Shown piece by piece: positions 9,274 to 18,372 of a stretch of DNA of 35,286 bases (the stretch's first letter is position 1; every line of letters begins with the position of its first letter). The notes under the pieces were generated by a model that was not told the origin of the DNA, did no database searches, and saw nothing but the letters and a program-made list of their open reading frames with translations. A program made the translations under genes and the position numbers. This DNA is from a virus (taxonomy: Duplodnaviria > Heunggongvirae > Uroviricota > Caudoviricetes). The DNA lies in the IMG/VR virus record IMGVR_UViG_2606217105_000003, positions 1 to 35,286 of that record. One strand, 5' to 3'.

Positions 9274-9749
9274 AATACTTTCCTCTTATACTTTTACTGA
9301 GCGTATTTTGCGCTAATGCGGCAAAGTTGCCAGCTGAAGATGTCATCAAAAAACGTCTGACAGAAAAAGATTTCATTGCACTAAATAGCTGGATGCCTCT
9401 TAAGGGAGGCGATTCTATTAAGAACGGTGGAACTGAAACTGCTCACAGCAAATTCGGGGTATTTACGATCAATAATAAAGTCGTCAGCTCAAGGACGACT
9501 GTAAAGGATTTTGAAAACAATCCTTCAGGTGTGTTGTCTTCCTTTGTAGCATGCTCGCGGGTTGCAGAGTCAGCAATTGGTGAACTAACAGAGAAGCAGC
9601 AGAAACGAATTATTGACATGGTAGTTTCAGCTACAAAAGTTGAAGGGTATGGGTTAACTGACGTGATACAGGGTTTTCTCATGCAAACCAAATTTCTCAA
9701 GATGGGTAACGATATGGTAATAGATTGCTCCATCAAAGGAGATGAGTAG
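9270..9749 (+). CDS. Predicted secreted/periplasmic protein of unknown function (moron)
   Basis: 159 aa; N-terminal signal peptide MKYFPLILLLSVFCANA; AT-rich; followed by its own intrinsic terminator. Confidence 0.55.
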   Translation: MKYFPLILLLSVFCANAAKLPAEDVIKKRLTEKDFIALNSWMPLKGGDSIKNGGTETAHSKFGVFTINNKVVSSRTTVKDFENNPSGVLSSFVACSRVAESAIGELTEKQQKRIIDMVVSATKVEGYGLTDVIQGFLMQTKFLKMGNDMVIDCSIKGDE

Positions 9750-9770
9750 TTATCTTCCCTTAATTCAATG

Positions 9771-9795
9771 AAGCCGGTAAATCCGGCTTTTTTTG
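9771..9795 (+). terminator. Rho-independent terminator (stem AAGCCGG/CCGGCTT followed by a T-run)
   Basis: AAGCCGGTAAATCCGGCTTTTTTT directly after the secreted-protein gene. Confidence 0.7.
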
Positions 9796-9849
9796 TGCCT
9801 CCGGCACTATGAAGCAGACCACGTTTAACTCTGCTTCACAGGTGCTTTT

Positions 9850-10437
9850 ATGGAAAATCAAAAATTCTCTCCGGCCTTTGAACATGCGCTGAATTTTATT
9901 CTGCGTCCTGATATCGAAGGCGTCTATGTCAATGACCCCACAGACCGTGGCGGCGAAACCAAATACGGCATTTCTGACCGCCGCGACGGTGTGATTGACG
10001 GCAAAACCGATGTCAACGGCGATGGTAAACCCGACACCCGCATTAAGGATTTAACCCGCGAACAGGTTGCGCAGATTTACTGGCGCGATTACTGGCTGCC
10101 TGCCGGATGTGACCAGTGGCCTGATGGCGTGGCGATGTTTGTGTTCGATGCGGCGGTTCAGCATGGCGTTAAAAAAGCTATCAAAATTTTGCAGGAAGCC
10201 ACTGATGTGGATGCTGACGGCATCATCGGCCCGCGTACCCGTAAGGCCGTGAGCCTGTCCACCCCGGACTGGTTGCTGACCCGCTGCATTGTCCGTCGTT
10301 CCCGCTTTTATGCCGAAATCATCAAATCCAAACCCGCCCAGGGCAAATACCTGAATGGCTGGTTTAACCGCATGGAAAAACTGACCGACGCCTGTCTGGA
10401 AATCATCGACAACGCGCCGTCCACCACGCGGGGGTGA
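9850..10437 (+). CDS. Endolysin, GH108-type muramidase with C-terminal peptidoglycan-binding domain
   Basis: 195 aa; N-terminal FEHALNFILRPDIEGVYVNDPTDRGGETKYGIS is typical of the GH108 family; C-terminal DADGIIGPRTRKAV is PG-binding-like. Confidence 0.75.
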   Translation: MENQKFSPAFEHALNFILRPDIEGVYVNDPTDRGGETKYGISDRRDGVIDGKTDVNGDGKPDTRIKDLTREQVAQIYWRDYWLPAGCDQWPDGVAMFVFDAAVQHGVKKAIKILQEATDVDADGIIGPRTRKAVSLSTPDWLLTRCIVRRSRFYAEIIKSKPAQGKYLNGWFNRMEKLTDACLEIIDNAPSTTRG

Positions 10438-10438
10438 C

Positions 10439-10690
10439 ATGGGCAAAGGCTGGGACGCCTCCCTGAAAGCCGGGCGGCGTGACCGCCTGCGTCAGGAGGT
10501 TTTACACCGCATGGCCGGAGGCCCGCCTCCGAAACCGCTGGACTATACCGGCCATGACGGCACACACGCCAGCTACTACATGCGTGGCTGGAACTCCGTG
10601 GATACACGGGACATTTTCTGGCAGTGCCAGAAGTACAGGGAAAAATTCAATGTGGAAAAAGGTAATGAACAAAATTTTAAAACTGTGTGA
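10439..10690 (+). CDS. Hypothetical protein in the lysis region
   Basis: 83 aa; ATG coupled to the endolysin stop (GTGACATGG). Confidence 0.4.
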   Translation: MGKGWDASLKAGRRDRLRQEVLHRMAGGPPPKPLDYTGHDGTHASYYMRGWNSVDTRDIFWQCQKYREKFNVEKGNEQNFKTV

Positions 10691-11075
10691 CTGGCTGCTT
10701 TGTTCCCGACTGATGAGAACCCCATGGCCGCTGGCCGGACTGACACTCTGCATGTTCATCATCAGCATGTTATGTGGCTGGCGATCGTTCGTGTTGATGT
10801 TGTTGTCCTTTGCCGGGGTGGTGTTGTTTTCATACAGCGCAAGCCTCGGGAATGTGCCATTTCGCCTGCTGCCTGAGGTCCGTTACCGGGCTTTTGGTCG
10901 CCACATCATCGTGTGGTCATGGGTGGTCTGGGCGCTGGGATATTTCTGCTGCGTCTTCAGCACGCTGATGATGATGTCACCGGTGCATCCGGTGTTCTGG
11001 CTGTGTGGTGGTTGTTGCGGCGGTCTGCTCTGTCTTCAGCGTTATCTGTATGGAGGTTTCCCGTGGATCCGTTAA
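10650..11075 (+). CDS. Predicted membrane protein, Cys-rich, several TM helices
   Basis: 141 aa from internal ATG (track ORF 10479..11075 likely over-extended); overlaps the previous ORF in another frame. Confidence 0.4.
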   Translation: MWKKVMNKILKLCDWLLCSRLMRTPWPLAGLTLCMFIISMLCGWRSFVLMLLSFAGVVLFSYSASLGNVPFRLLPEVRYRAFGRHIIVWSWVVWALGYFCCVFSTLMMMSPVHPVFWLCGGCCGGLLCLQRYLYGGFPWIR

Positions 11076-11671
11076 CCCTTTCAGGCATCGCCTCTGTTCT
11101 GCTGAAAGCCGGGCCGGGGCTGATTCGTTCCGTCGGGCGCTGGTTTGGTGGCAGCACATCTGCCGCTGCTGACTCGGTGGCCGGTATGGTGGAAAGCGTC
11201 CGGGAAAGCCTGCCGGTGGCTGAACAGCAACGCATTCTGGAACAAAAACTGGTGATGCTGTCACCGGAGCAACTGATGCAGCTGGAAACCCTGAAAGTTC
11301 AGCTGCAACAGCTGGAGGTGGAACGGCAGAAGCTGGTGCTGGCTGACCAGCAGGCCGCACACCACGAACAGCAGGAAACCATCCGCAATGGTGACAACGC
11401 CACGGACAGCTATGTGCGCCAGACACGCCCGCTGCTGGCCCGCCTTTCCTGTTACAGCAGTCTGGCCTATGTGCTGTTGCTCTCCTGCGGCCAGATTGCC
11501 GGAGCCATTGCCGGTGCCAGAGGTATCACGCTGCATATGCCATCACCGGACTGGGATATCACGCTGATGTTGCTTACCCCGGCGCTGGGCTATCTCGGTG
11601 TAAGAACCCTTGACGGCTTTGCCCGTTACAGCAAATCAAGCCGTCACAAAATGTCTGCGGGGCTGAAATGA
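11063..11671 (+). CDS. Putative holin-like membrane protein (3TM holin type)
   Basis: About 202 aa if started at GTG 11063 (GGAGG 6 nt upstream); central coiled-coil and C-terminal hydrophobic segments. Start uncertain; ATG at about 11191 is an alternative. Confidence 0.4.
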   Translation: MDPLTLSGIASVLLKAGPGLIRSVGRWFGGSTSAAADSVAGMVESVRESLPVAEQQRILEQKLVMLSPEQLMQLETLKVQLQQLEVERQKLVLADQQAAHHEQQETIRNGDNATDSYVRQTRPLLARLSCYSSLAYVLLLSCGQIAGAIAGARGITLHMPSPDWDITLMLLTPALGYLGVRTLDGFARYSKSSRHKMSAGLK

Positions 11672-11895
11672 CCGACGAAATCGATCGCATCAGTGAAGTG
11701 GTTCTGAACGAGCGTCAGAGCGTCGTTAAAGCCTGGCAAACACGGACAAAAGAAACGCCCCACAGCCGGGGCTTCTGCAATGACTGCGGGAACGTTATTC
11801 CGGCACAGCGCCTTGCGGCGCTGCCGGATGTGGTGACCTGTATTGACTGTCAGCAGATGCGGGAACGCAGGAGGAAAACGTGTCCTGGGAAATGA
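11668..11895 (+). CDS. TraR/DksA-family C4 zinc-finger protein
   Basis: 75 aa; CNDCGNVIP...CIDCQ four-cysteine motif. Confidence 0.7.
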   Translation: MTDEIDRISEVVLNERQSVVKAWQTRTKETPHSRGFCNDCGNVIPAQRLAALPDVVTCIDCQQMRERRRKTCPGK

Positions 11896-12185
11896 TCAGA
11901 GCCAACTGGCCCATTCTGTGGGCATTGCTGATGACAGGAATAAACCTGCTTCAGCTGATTCTGGCGAAAACCTACGTCAAACGTGAAGAGTTTGATTCAC
12001 TCCGTTCCCGCGTGTCGGTGATGGAAAGCCAGGTACACCATTTACCCGACCGTGATGAGTTCCACCGCCTGCAACTGGATATCAGCAATCTGCGGGGAGA
12101 AATCAAAGAACTGGGGCCATCCATCCGCCAGGTATCCCGCATCAGCGATTTGTTATTAGAGAACGAGTTAAAGGAAAAAAATTAA
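11880..12185 (+). CDS. Membrane-anchored coiled-coil protein (possible lysis accessory)
   Basis: 101 aa; GTG start with GGAGGA RBS; N-terminal TM helix WPILWALLMTGINLLQLILA followed by coiled-coil. Confidence 0.45.
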   Translation: MSWEMIRANWPILWALLMTGINLLQLILAKTYVKREEFDSLRSRVSVMESQVHHLPDRDEFHRLQLDISNLRGEIKELGPSIRQVSRISDLLLENELKEKN

Positions 12186-12478
12186 TGGCGATGAAAGAGA
12201 TCCTCACTGAAGACCGTCGTCTTGTGTTGCTGCGTTCCCTGCTGGACTGTGGCGACAGCGCGAATGAATCCGTGTTGCAGACCTGCCTTCAGGCTTACGG
12301 TCATAAGGTATCCCGTGATGTGGTGCGCACTCAGCTTGCATGGCTTCGCGAGCAGGGGCTGGTTCGTCTGTCTGATGTGGGCGGCTGTTACGTGGCTGAA
12401 ATCACCGGCAGCGGCGAGGATGTGGCAAACGGCCTGTCCAGCGTTCCGGGCGTTAAAAAACCCCGTGCGAGGGACTGA
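12185..12478 (+). CDS. Hypothetical protein
   Basis: 97 aa; ATG overlaps the upstream stop. Confidence 0.45.
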   Translation: MAMKEILTEDRRLVLLRSLLDCGDSANESVLQTCLQAYGHKVSRDVVRTQLAWLREQGLVRLSDVGGCYVAEITGSGEDVANGLSSVPGVKKPRARD

Positions 12479-12480
12479 GC

Positions 12481-12768
12481 ATGGCCCGAAAACTGAAGCC
12501 GTTAAGTCGCGGAGAACGGGCCGTCGTGCGGCAACTGGCGTACTGCCTTGTGCTGGCAGATATTGAGCAAAACGCCATTGTCCGTGCATACGAAAAACAG
12601 ACAGGAAAGCCCTGGAACCCGGATGCACCGGATACCCCCATGAAACGCGCCCTGCGATCATCACCGGCATGTGCGCGGCTGTGGAAGCTGTTAAGTAAGG
12701 ATATTCAGTCCGTTCGTGAAGAAATATACGCCGGTCTGAAAACGCAGAGGTCTGAAGATGGAAAATGA
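12481..12768 (+). CDS. Hypothetical protein
   Basis: 95 aa; tightly packed before the terminase small subunit. Confidence 0.45.
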   Translation: MARKLKPLSRGERAVVRQLAYCLVLADIEQNAIVRAYEKQTGKPWNPDAPDTPMKRALRSSPACARLWKLLSKDIQSVREEIYAGLKTQRSEDGK

Positions 12769-13339
12769 ACAACGCCCCACCCGTGGCCGTCTTTCCAAAG
12801 TGGATTTACTCCCGGACAGCATCCGGGAGCAGTTACATCAGATGCTGCGGGAAAAGCGGCACACGCAGGAAGAAATCCGCGAAGCCATCAACGCCCTGAT
12901 TGACGAACACAACCTGCCGGAAGAGATGCAGTTAAGCCGGACGGGCTTAAACCGCTATGCCAGCCGTATGGAAAAAGTCGGGGCCAAAATCCGCGCCTCC
13001 CGCGAGATGGCCGAGGTCTGGGCGGCAAAGCTGGGTTCCGCGCCGACGTCAGACGTCGGCAAGCTGCTGATGGAGTTTGTAAAAACGCTGGCCTTTGAAA
13101 CGTCCATGTCGATGGCAGAAGACGACAAGCCCGTTGCACCGAAGGCGCTGGGCCAACTGGCGCTGGTTGCCCAGCGTCTGGAAGCGGCCGCCATGACCAG
13201 CCATAAACGCGAGAAAGCGATCCGCGATGCGTTTGCGCAGGAGATGGCAGAAAAAACCGAAGAGCTGGTCAGAACGGGCGGTCTGTCAGGCGGTGCGGCT
13301 GACACCATCAAACGGGACATTCTGGGGATTAGCGCATGA
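12758..13339 (+). CDS. Terminase small subunit (Mu gp27-like)
   Basis: 193 aa; position immediately upstream of the large terminase; helical, charged sequence typical of Mu-like small terminases. Confidence 0.6.
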   Translation: MENEQRPTRGRLSKVDLLPDSIREQLHQMLREKRHTQEEIREAINALIDEHNLPEEMQLSRTGLNRYASRMEKVGAKIRASREMAEVWAAKLGSAPTSDVGKLLMEFVKTLAFETSMSMAEDDKPVAPKALGQLALVAQRLEAAAMTSHKREKAIRDAFAQEMAEKTEELVRTGGLSGGAADTIKRDILGISA

Positions 13340-14871
13340 CACAGATGAACACGTTCAGTGAATCCGATGTTCTGCTGCCGTATCAGAAACGCTGGGTTGC
13401 GGATGATTCAAAACTGAAAATCGCCGAGAAATCCCGCCGTACCGGTTTAACCTGGGCAGAAGCGGCAGATGCGGCACTGACCGCATCACTGAAGAAGGAA
13501 AACGGCGGGAGCGATCACTTTTATATCGGTTCGAATAAGGAGATGGCCCGCGAATTTATCGACGCCGTGGCGATGTGGGCGAAAGCGTTTAATGCGGCAG
13601 CAGAAGAAATCCGCGAGGAAGTGATCACCGACGAAGACAAGGACATTCTGACGTTCGTCGTGTACTTCGCCAGCGGATTTAAGGTCAAGGCGCTGTCCAG
13701 TAATCCGGGCAACATTCGCGGGATGCAGGGGAATGTCACTATCGACGAAGCGGCGTTTCATGAACAACTGGATGAGGTACTCAAGGCGGTCACACCACTG
13801 ACCACGTGGGGCGGTAAGGTTCGCCTTATCTCTACCCATGACGGCGTGGACAACCCGTTTAACCAGCTGATTCAGGAAAGCCGCGCAGGCAAAAAAGATT
13901 ACCGTATTCACACCATCACGCTGGATGATGCCTGCAATGACGGGCTGTACCGGCGTATCTGTCAGGTGCGCGGCATGGTGTGGTCACCAGAGGCCGAGGC
14001 GGAATGGAAAGAAGGTCTGCTGAGAAATACCGCCACCCGCGAAGACGCCCTGGAGGAATACTACTGCGTCCCGAAAAACGGCGGCGGCACGTATATCCCC
14101 CGCTCACTGCGTGAACGTGCGGCCCGTGGCACCGGAAAAGTGTTGCGTTTTACCGGTACACCGGAATTTAACGCACTGACGGAAAGCCAGCGCCGGGCAG
14201 ATATCCGGGAATGGCTGGAAACGGTGGTGCGTCCCGAGCTGGAAAAACTCCCGAAGAACCTGCGCCACTGTCTGGGGGAAGACTTTGCGCGTTCGGGTGA
14301 CCTGACCGTACTGGCCCCGGTGACGGTGAACGATGACACCACCCGCGAGGTGCCGTTCCTGGTTGAGCTTGGCAATGTGCCGTTTAAACAGCAGGAGCAG
14401 GTGCTGTTCTGGCTTTGCGATCGTCTGCCCCGCCGTGACGGCATCAAAATGGATGCGCGGGGGAATGGTCAGTATCTGGCAGAACAGGCGGCAGAGCGGT
14501 ACGGCGATGAAGTGGAACAGGTGATGCTGTCCGTGGCGTTTTACCGCGAAAACATGCCCCGTTTCCGTGCGGCGTTTGAAGATGATGAGCTGATCCTTCC
14601 GAAGCATGAAGACGTGATCAATGACCTCGGGGCCATTCAGTTACTGCGTGGCGTTCCCGGCATTGATGATTCACGAACCAAAGGCAGCGACGGTCACAAA
14701 CGTCACGGCGACGCCGCTGTGGCCATTTTCCTGGGCTTCCTTGCCAGCAAGGATGACTGCCACCGTTACGAGCTGCACCGCCTGAACCGCCCGGCGAAAC
14801 CGGAAGAAGGCAACACGCGCCGCCAGATGAAACTGACACGCGGCCTGAAAAATGAGGGAGGTTTACTGTGA
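13336..14871 (+). CDS. Terminase large subunit (Mu gp28-like)
   Basis: 511 aa; size and position before the portal. Confidence 0.75.
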   Translation: MTQMNTFSESDVLLPYQKRWVADDSKLKIAEKSRRTGLTWAEAADAALTASLKKENGGSDHFYIGSNKEMAREFIDAVAMWAKAFNAAAEEIREEVITDEDKDILTFVVYFASGFKVKALSSNPGNIRGMQGNVTIDEAAFHEQLDEVLKAVTPLTTWGGKVRLISTHDGVDNPFNQLIQESRAGKKDYRIHTITLDDACNDGLYRRICQVRGMVWSPEAEAEWKEGLLRNTATREDALEEYYCVPKNGGGTYIPRSLRERAARGTGKVLRFTGTPEFNALTESQRRADIREWLETVVRPELEKLPKNLRHCLGEDFARSGDLTVLAPVTVNDDTTREVPFLVELGNVPFKQQEQVLFWLCDRLPRRDGIKMDARGNGQYLAEQAAERYGDEVEQVMLSVAFYRENMPRFRAAFEDDELILPKHEDVINDLGAIQLLRGVPGIDDSRTKGSDGHKRHGDAAVAIFLGFLASKDDCHRYELHRLNRPAKPEEGNTRRQMKLTRGLKNEGGLL

Positions 14872-16439
14872 ACCTGAAACAACAGACCGGGGATGTTCGT
14901 CATTTGCTGAACCCGACAACCGGCGAGGGCGACACCCTGAAAAAAGAGACGCTCAATGAAGCACAGGCCCGCCCGCGTCAGGCTGGCGTACGTTCGGCCT
15001 CGCCGGGCATCAGCATTGCTTCCGGGCTGAATCCCGGCAGGCTGGCAGGCATTCTGCGCAATGCCGCCGACGGCATCACGCGTGATTTTTTTATCCTTGC
15101 CGAAGAGATGGAAGAACGTGATTTGCATTACGCCTCGGTGCTGCGCACCCGCAAGCTGACGGTGGCGGGTATCGAACCGGTGGTGGTGGCCGCCAGTGAT
15201 GACGATGCTGACGTGCAACTGGCGGACGCCATCCGTGCACTGATGGAAGCCCCGCAAATCCCCGAACTGATGTTTGATTTGCTCGACGGGCTGGGAAAAG
15301 GCGTGGCGGTCTGTGAAATCCTCTGGAATACCCACAAAAACCACTGGATTCCCCGTGATTATGAGTGGGTTGATCCCCGTTTTCTGAAAGCCGAAAAAAC
15401 CACGCTGCGCCAGTTCCGCCTGCTGACTGACGATGAACCGGTGGATGGCGTACCGCTGACACCGGGAAAATTCATTGTTCACCAGCCGCGCCTGAAATCC
15501 GGTCTGCCGCTGCGTAACGGTCTGGCCCGTCTGGTGGCGGTGATGTACATGCTGAAATCCTTTACCGTGCGCGACTGGTGGGCATTTGCGGAAAAGTTCG
15601 GCATTCCGGTTACAGTGGGGAAATACGGCCCCAACGCCACGGAGGAGCAAATCCGCGTGCTGATTGATGCGATTGCTTCCATTGCCTCGGATGCCGGGTG
15701 TGCCATTCCGCAGTCCATGCAACTGGAAATGAAGGAAACCGCCAGCCGGAATAACGGCGGCGCACTGTTCCGTGAAATGGCGGAATGGTGCGATGCGCAA
15801 ATCAGTAAAGCCGTACTGGGGCAGACCATGACCACAGATAACGGCAGTTCGCGTTCACAGGCGGACGTGCACAATCAGGTGCGCATGGACATTGTGCGCT
15901 GGGACGCGCGACAGCTGGCTAACACGCTGAATGAATATCTGGTGCGTCCCTACATCGAGGCCAACTACGGGCCACAGGCGCACTATCCCCGTGTTGTTCT
16001 GCGTATCAGTGAAGCCGAAGATCTGAAGGCGCTGACTGATGCTCTGGTGCCACTGATTGACCGGGGGATGCGGGTTCAGGAATCGGAGCTGCGGGATCGG
16101 TTCGGCCTGGCGGAACCGGACGAAGGGGCTGATGTTCTGCATCCGGTTTCTGCCGGAATGTCAGGTGAAATGGCGATGAACCGCGAGCGCGTCGCCCTGA
16201 ACCGGGAACACCCCGACGAACTGGCACAGATGGTGGATGATGCCCTGCGTGACTGGCAGAAAACCGGCGAGGCGTTCACAAACCCGGTGCTGACACTGGC
16301 GCAGGAATGCGACAGTTTTGATGACTTTCTGAAACGTCTGCCTGAGCTTCAGGAAACGCTGAACGCGGACGACTTTGCCCTGCAACTGGCGGAGGTGTGC
16401 TTTAAGGCGCGTGCGCTGGGGGACACCGGCCATGCGTGA
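14868..16439 (+). CDS. Portal protein (Mu gp29 family)
   Basis: 523 aa; follows the terminase; overlapping start and stop. Confidence 0.75.
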   Translation: MNLKQQTGDVRHLLNPTTGEGDTLKKETLNEAQARPRQAGVRSASPGISIASGLNPGRLAGILRNAADGITRDFFILAEEMEERDLHYASVLRTRKLTVAGIEPVVVAASDDDADVQLADAIRALMEAPQIPELMFDLLDGLGKGVAVCEILWNTHKNHWIPRDYEWVDPRFLKAEKTTLRQFRLLTDDEPVDGVPLTPGKFIVHQPRLKSGLPLRNGLARLVAVMYMLKSFTVRDWWAFAEKFGIPVTVGKYGPNATEEQIRVLIDAIASIASDAGCAIPQSMQLEMKETASRNNGGALFREMAEWCDAQISKAVLGQTMTTDNGSSRSQADVHNQVRMDIVRWDARQLANTLNEYLVRPYIEANYGPQAHYPRVVLRISEAEDLKALTDALVPLIDRGMRVQESELRDRFGLAEPDEGADVLHPVSAGMSGEMAMNRERVALNREHPDELAQMVDDALRDWQKTGEAFTNPVLTLAQECDSFDDFLKRLPELQETLNADDFALQLAEVCFKARALGDTGHA

Positions 16440-17220
16440 AACCCTCATCCCGAAAGAGGCGCTGGCGTGGCTGAAGGCGAAGAAGCTGCGCCCCGGTTTT
16501 GATTACCGGGATGTGTGGCGGGAAGAACACCGGAACAGCTTCACCGTGGCAAAAATGCTGCAACTGGATTTGTTGTCGGATGTGAAAGCCCTTGTGGAAG
16601 ACGCCCTGCAAAGCGGACAGACGTTCAGCGAGTTCCGGGAGGTGCTGCAACCGCTGCTGATAAAACGCGGATGGTGGGGCGTACAGGAGATGGATGATCC
16701 GCTGACGGGCGAAACCCGCACCGTGCAACTGGGCAGCGACCGCCGCCTCCGCACGATTTTTGATACCAACATGCGCACCGCCCGCGCGGCGGGCCAGTGG
16801 GAACGCATCCAGCGGACAAAGCGGGCCATGCCGTATCTGATTTACGAGCTGGGACCATCCCGCGAGCACCGGGCGGAGCATGTGAAATGGGCACGTCTGT
16901 GTCTGCCGGTTGATCATCCGTTCTGGCTGACACATTTCGCCCCTAACGGCTGGGGCTGCAAATGCACCATCCGTCAGGTCAGCCGTGGTGAATATGCGCA
17001 ACTGGCGGCACAGGGCACCATTCACACCGAAGCGCCGGAAATCAGAACTGTCCGCTGGGTGAACAAACGCACGGGCGAAGAGGAAGATGTGCCGGAAGGG
17101 ATTGATCCGGGCTGGAACTACAATCCCGGTATAAACCGTGAGCAGGAGCTGGCGCGCCAGCTGGCGACAAAACAGGCCCGTTTTGACAGTGAGCACCCCT
17201 CCCGCCGTAAATCCCCCTGA
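16432..17220 (+). CDS. Head morphogenesis protein (Mu F-like, gp30 family)
   Basis: 262 aa from ATG overlapping the portal stop; position after the portal. Confidence 0.65.
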   Translation: MRETLIPKEALAWLKAKKLRPGFDYRDVWREEHRNSFTVAKMLQLDLLSDVKALVEDALQSGQTFSEFREVLQPLLIKRGWWGVQEMDDPLTGETRTVQLGSDRRLRTIFDTNMRTARAAGQWERIQRTKRAMPYLIYELGPSREHRAEHVKWARLCLPVDHPFWLTHFAPNGWGCKCTIRQVSRGEYAQLAAQGTIHTEAPEIRTVRWVNKRTGEEEDVPEGIDPGWNYNPGINREQELARQLATKQARFDSEHPSRRKSP

Positions 17221-17409
17221 AACGCATCAGAAACGCGTTTTTTATTCTGATGGCGTGAATGTGCATTCTGACGTTTTTGAAGATGCTGTGGCGTTTTTGA
17301 AGGGGTTTTGAAGGGGGTATTTCCCCGTTTTCAGTGAAGCCGGTAAATCCGGCTTTTTTTCTGCCTTCCGCATACTGACCGTCGGTAACCCCAAACGACG
17401 GAGACTGAC
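17221..17409. promoter_or_regulatory. Central intergenic region: terminators, direct repeats, putative late promoter
   Basis: AAACGCGTTTTTT after F; repeats CGTTTTTGAAG x2 and GTTTTGAAGG; GGGGGTATTTCCCC hairpin; second copy of AAGCCGGTAAATCCGGCTTTTTTT (about 17337-17360); conserved downstream box before gene I. Confidence 0.5.
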
Positions 17410-18372
17410 ATGCAACCGGAACTGCTGGCGCTGTGTTTTTCCCTGCCAGAACCCATCCCTGAGCTGACACCTGCTCAACTGCCGGAATGGCTTGAACTCG
17501 TCCCTGCGGGTGAGTTCACCGGGCGCGATGGCCGGACGTGGATTAACCGCAATCCGCATGAGGTGGTCACCCGCTCGTCCGACATCAAAATTCCGGTGGA
17601 CATTGAACACGCCACCGAAATTAAAGGGCAACGCGGTGATGAAGCCCCGGCGTATGGCTGGGTGGAAGAACTGCGCGTGACGGACAGCGGCACCATTGAA
17701 GGCCGTGTTGTCTGGAGCGAGTACGCCCGATGGATGCTGAGCGAACGCCGCTACCGCTATTACAGCCCGGCGTTTTTCTTTGACGCAGACGGTGTGGTGA
17801 CGCGCCTGTCCAGCGTCGGGCTGACCAACAAACCTAACCTGGACTTTCCTGCACTGAATACGGAGAAAAACCCGATGACAGTACCTGTGCAAATCACCGG
17901 CCTGCTTGGGCTGGCTGAATCCGCCACGGTGGACGATACCGTGGCCGCCATTAAACAACTTCAGGAGAACGAACAGGTGGCGCTGAACCGCGCACAGACA
18001 CCTGACCTGACGAAGTTTGTACCGGTGGAAACCCACAATCTGGCACTGAACCGTGCCGAAACCGCAGAACAACGCCTTCAGCAACTGGAAGAGAAGGAAG
18101 CAGAAGCGCTTGTGGATGCGGCCATCGAAGCCGGAAAAGTGGCCCCGGCAAACCGTGACATGTTCCTTGCCACCTGCCGCACGGAAGAAGGCCGCAAACA
18201 GTTTGCGGAGTACACCAAAGGTGCACAGCCGCTGGTGAACAACGACAAGCCCAGCCAGGGCAAGGATAAACCCGCGCAGACACTGACCGACGCCGAACTG
18301 GCGATGTGCCGCAGCATGGGTATTACCGGGGAAGAGTTCCTCGCCGCTAAACCTAAACAGGAGAATAACTGA
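17410..18372 (+). CDS. Head protease/scaffold protein (Mu I-like)
   Basis: 320 aa; precedes the major capsid gene. Confidence 0.7.
   Translation: MQPELLALCFSLPEPIPELTPAQLPEWLELVPAGEFTGRDGRTWINRNPHEVVTRSSDIKIPVDIEHATEIKGQRGDEAPAYGWVEELRVTDSGTIEGRVVWSEYARWMLSERRYRYYSPAFFFDADGVVTRLSSVGLTNKPNLDFPALNTEKNPMTVPVQITGLLGLAESATVDDTVAAIKQLQENEQVALNRAQTPDLTKFVPVETHNLALNRAETAEQRLQQLEEKEAEALVDAAIEAGKVAPANRDMFLATCRTEEGRKQFAEYTKGAQPLVNNDKPSQGKDKPAQTLTDAELAMCRSMGITGEEFLAAKPKQENN

Noticed and set aside
10913-11062. Upstream extension of the holin-like ORF to 10913
   Set aside because: It would overlap the preceding membrane-protein gene by about 160 nt; a GTG at 11063 with GGAGG upstream is more plausible. 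Start remains uncertain.
14766-15800. 344-aa ORF on the minus strand inside the portal gene, and similar long antisense ORFs (16402..17196, 17242..18084, 20616..21218, 21567..22214, 26434..27162, 12182..12772)
   Set aside because: They lie entirely antisense to well-supported structural genes in GC-rich DNA with no start context; typical spurious antisense frames.
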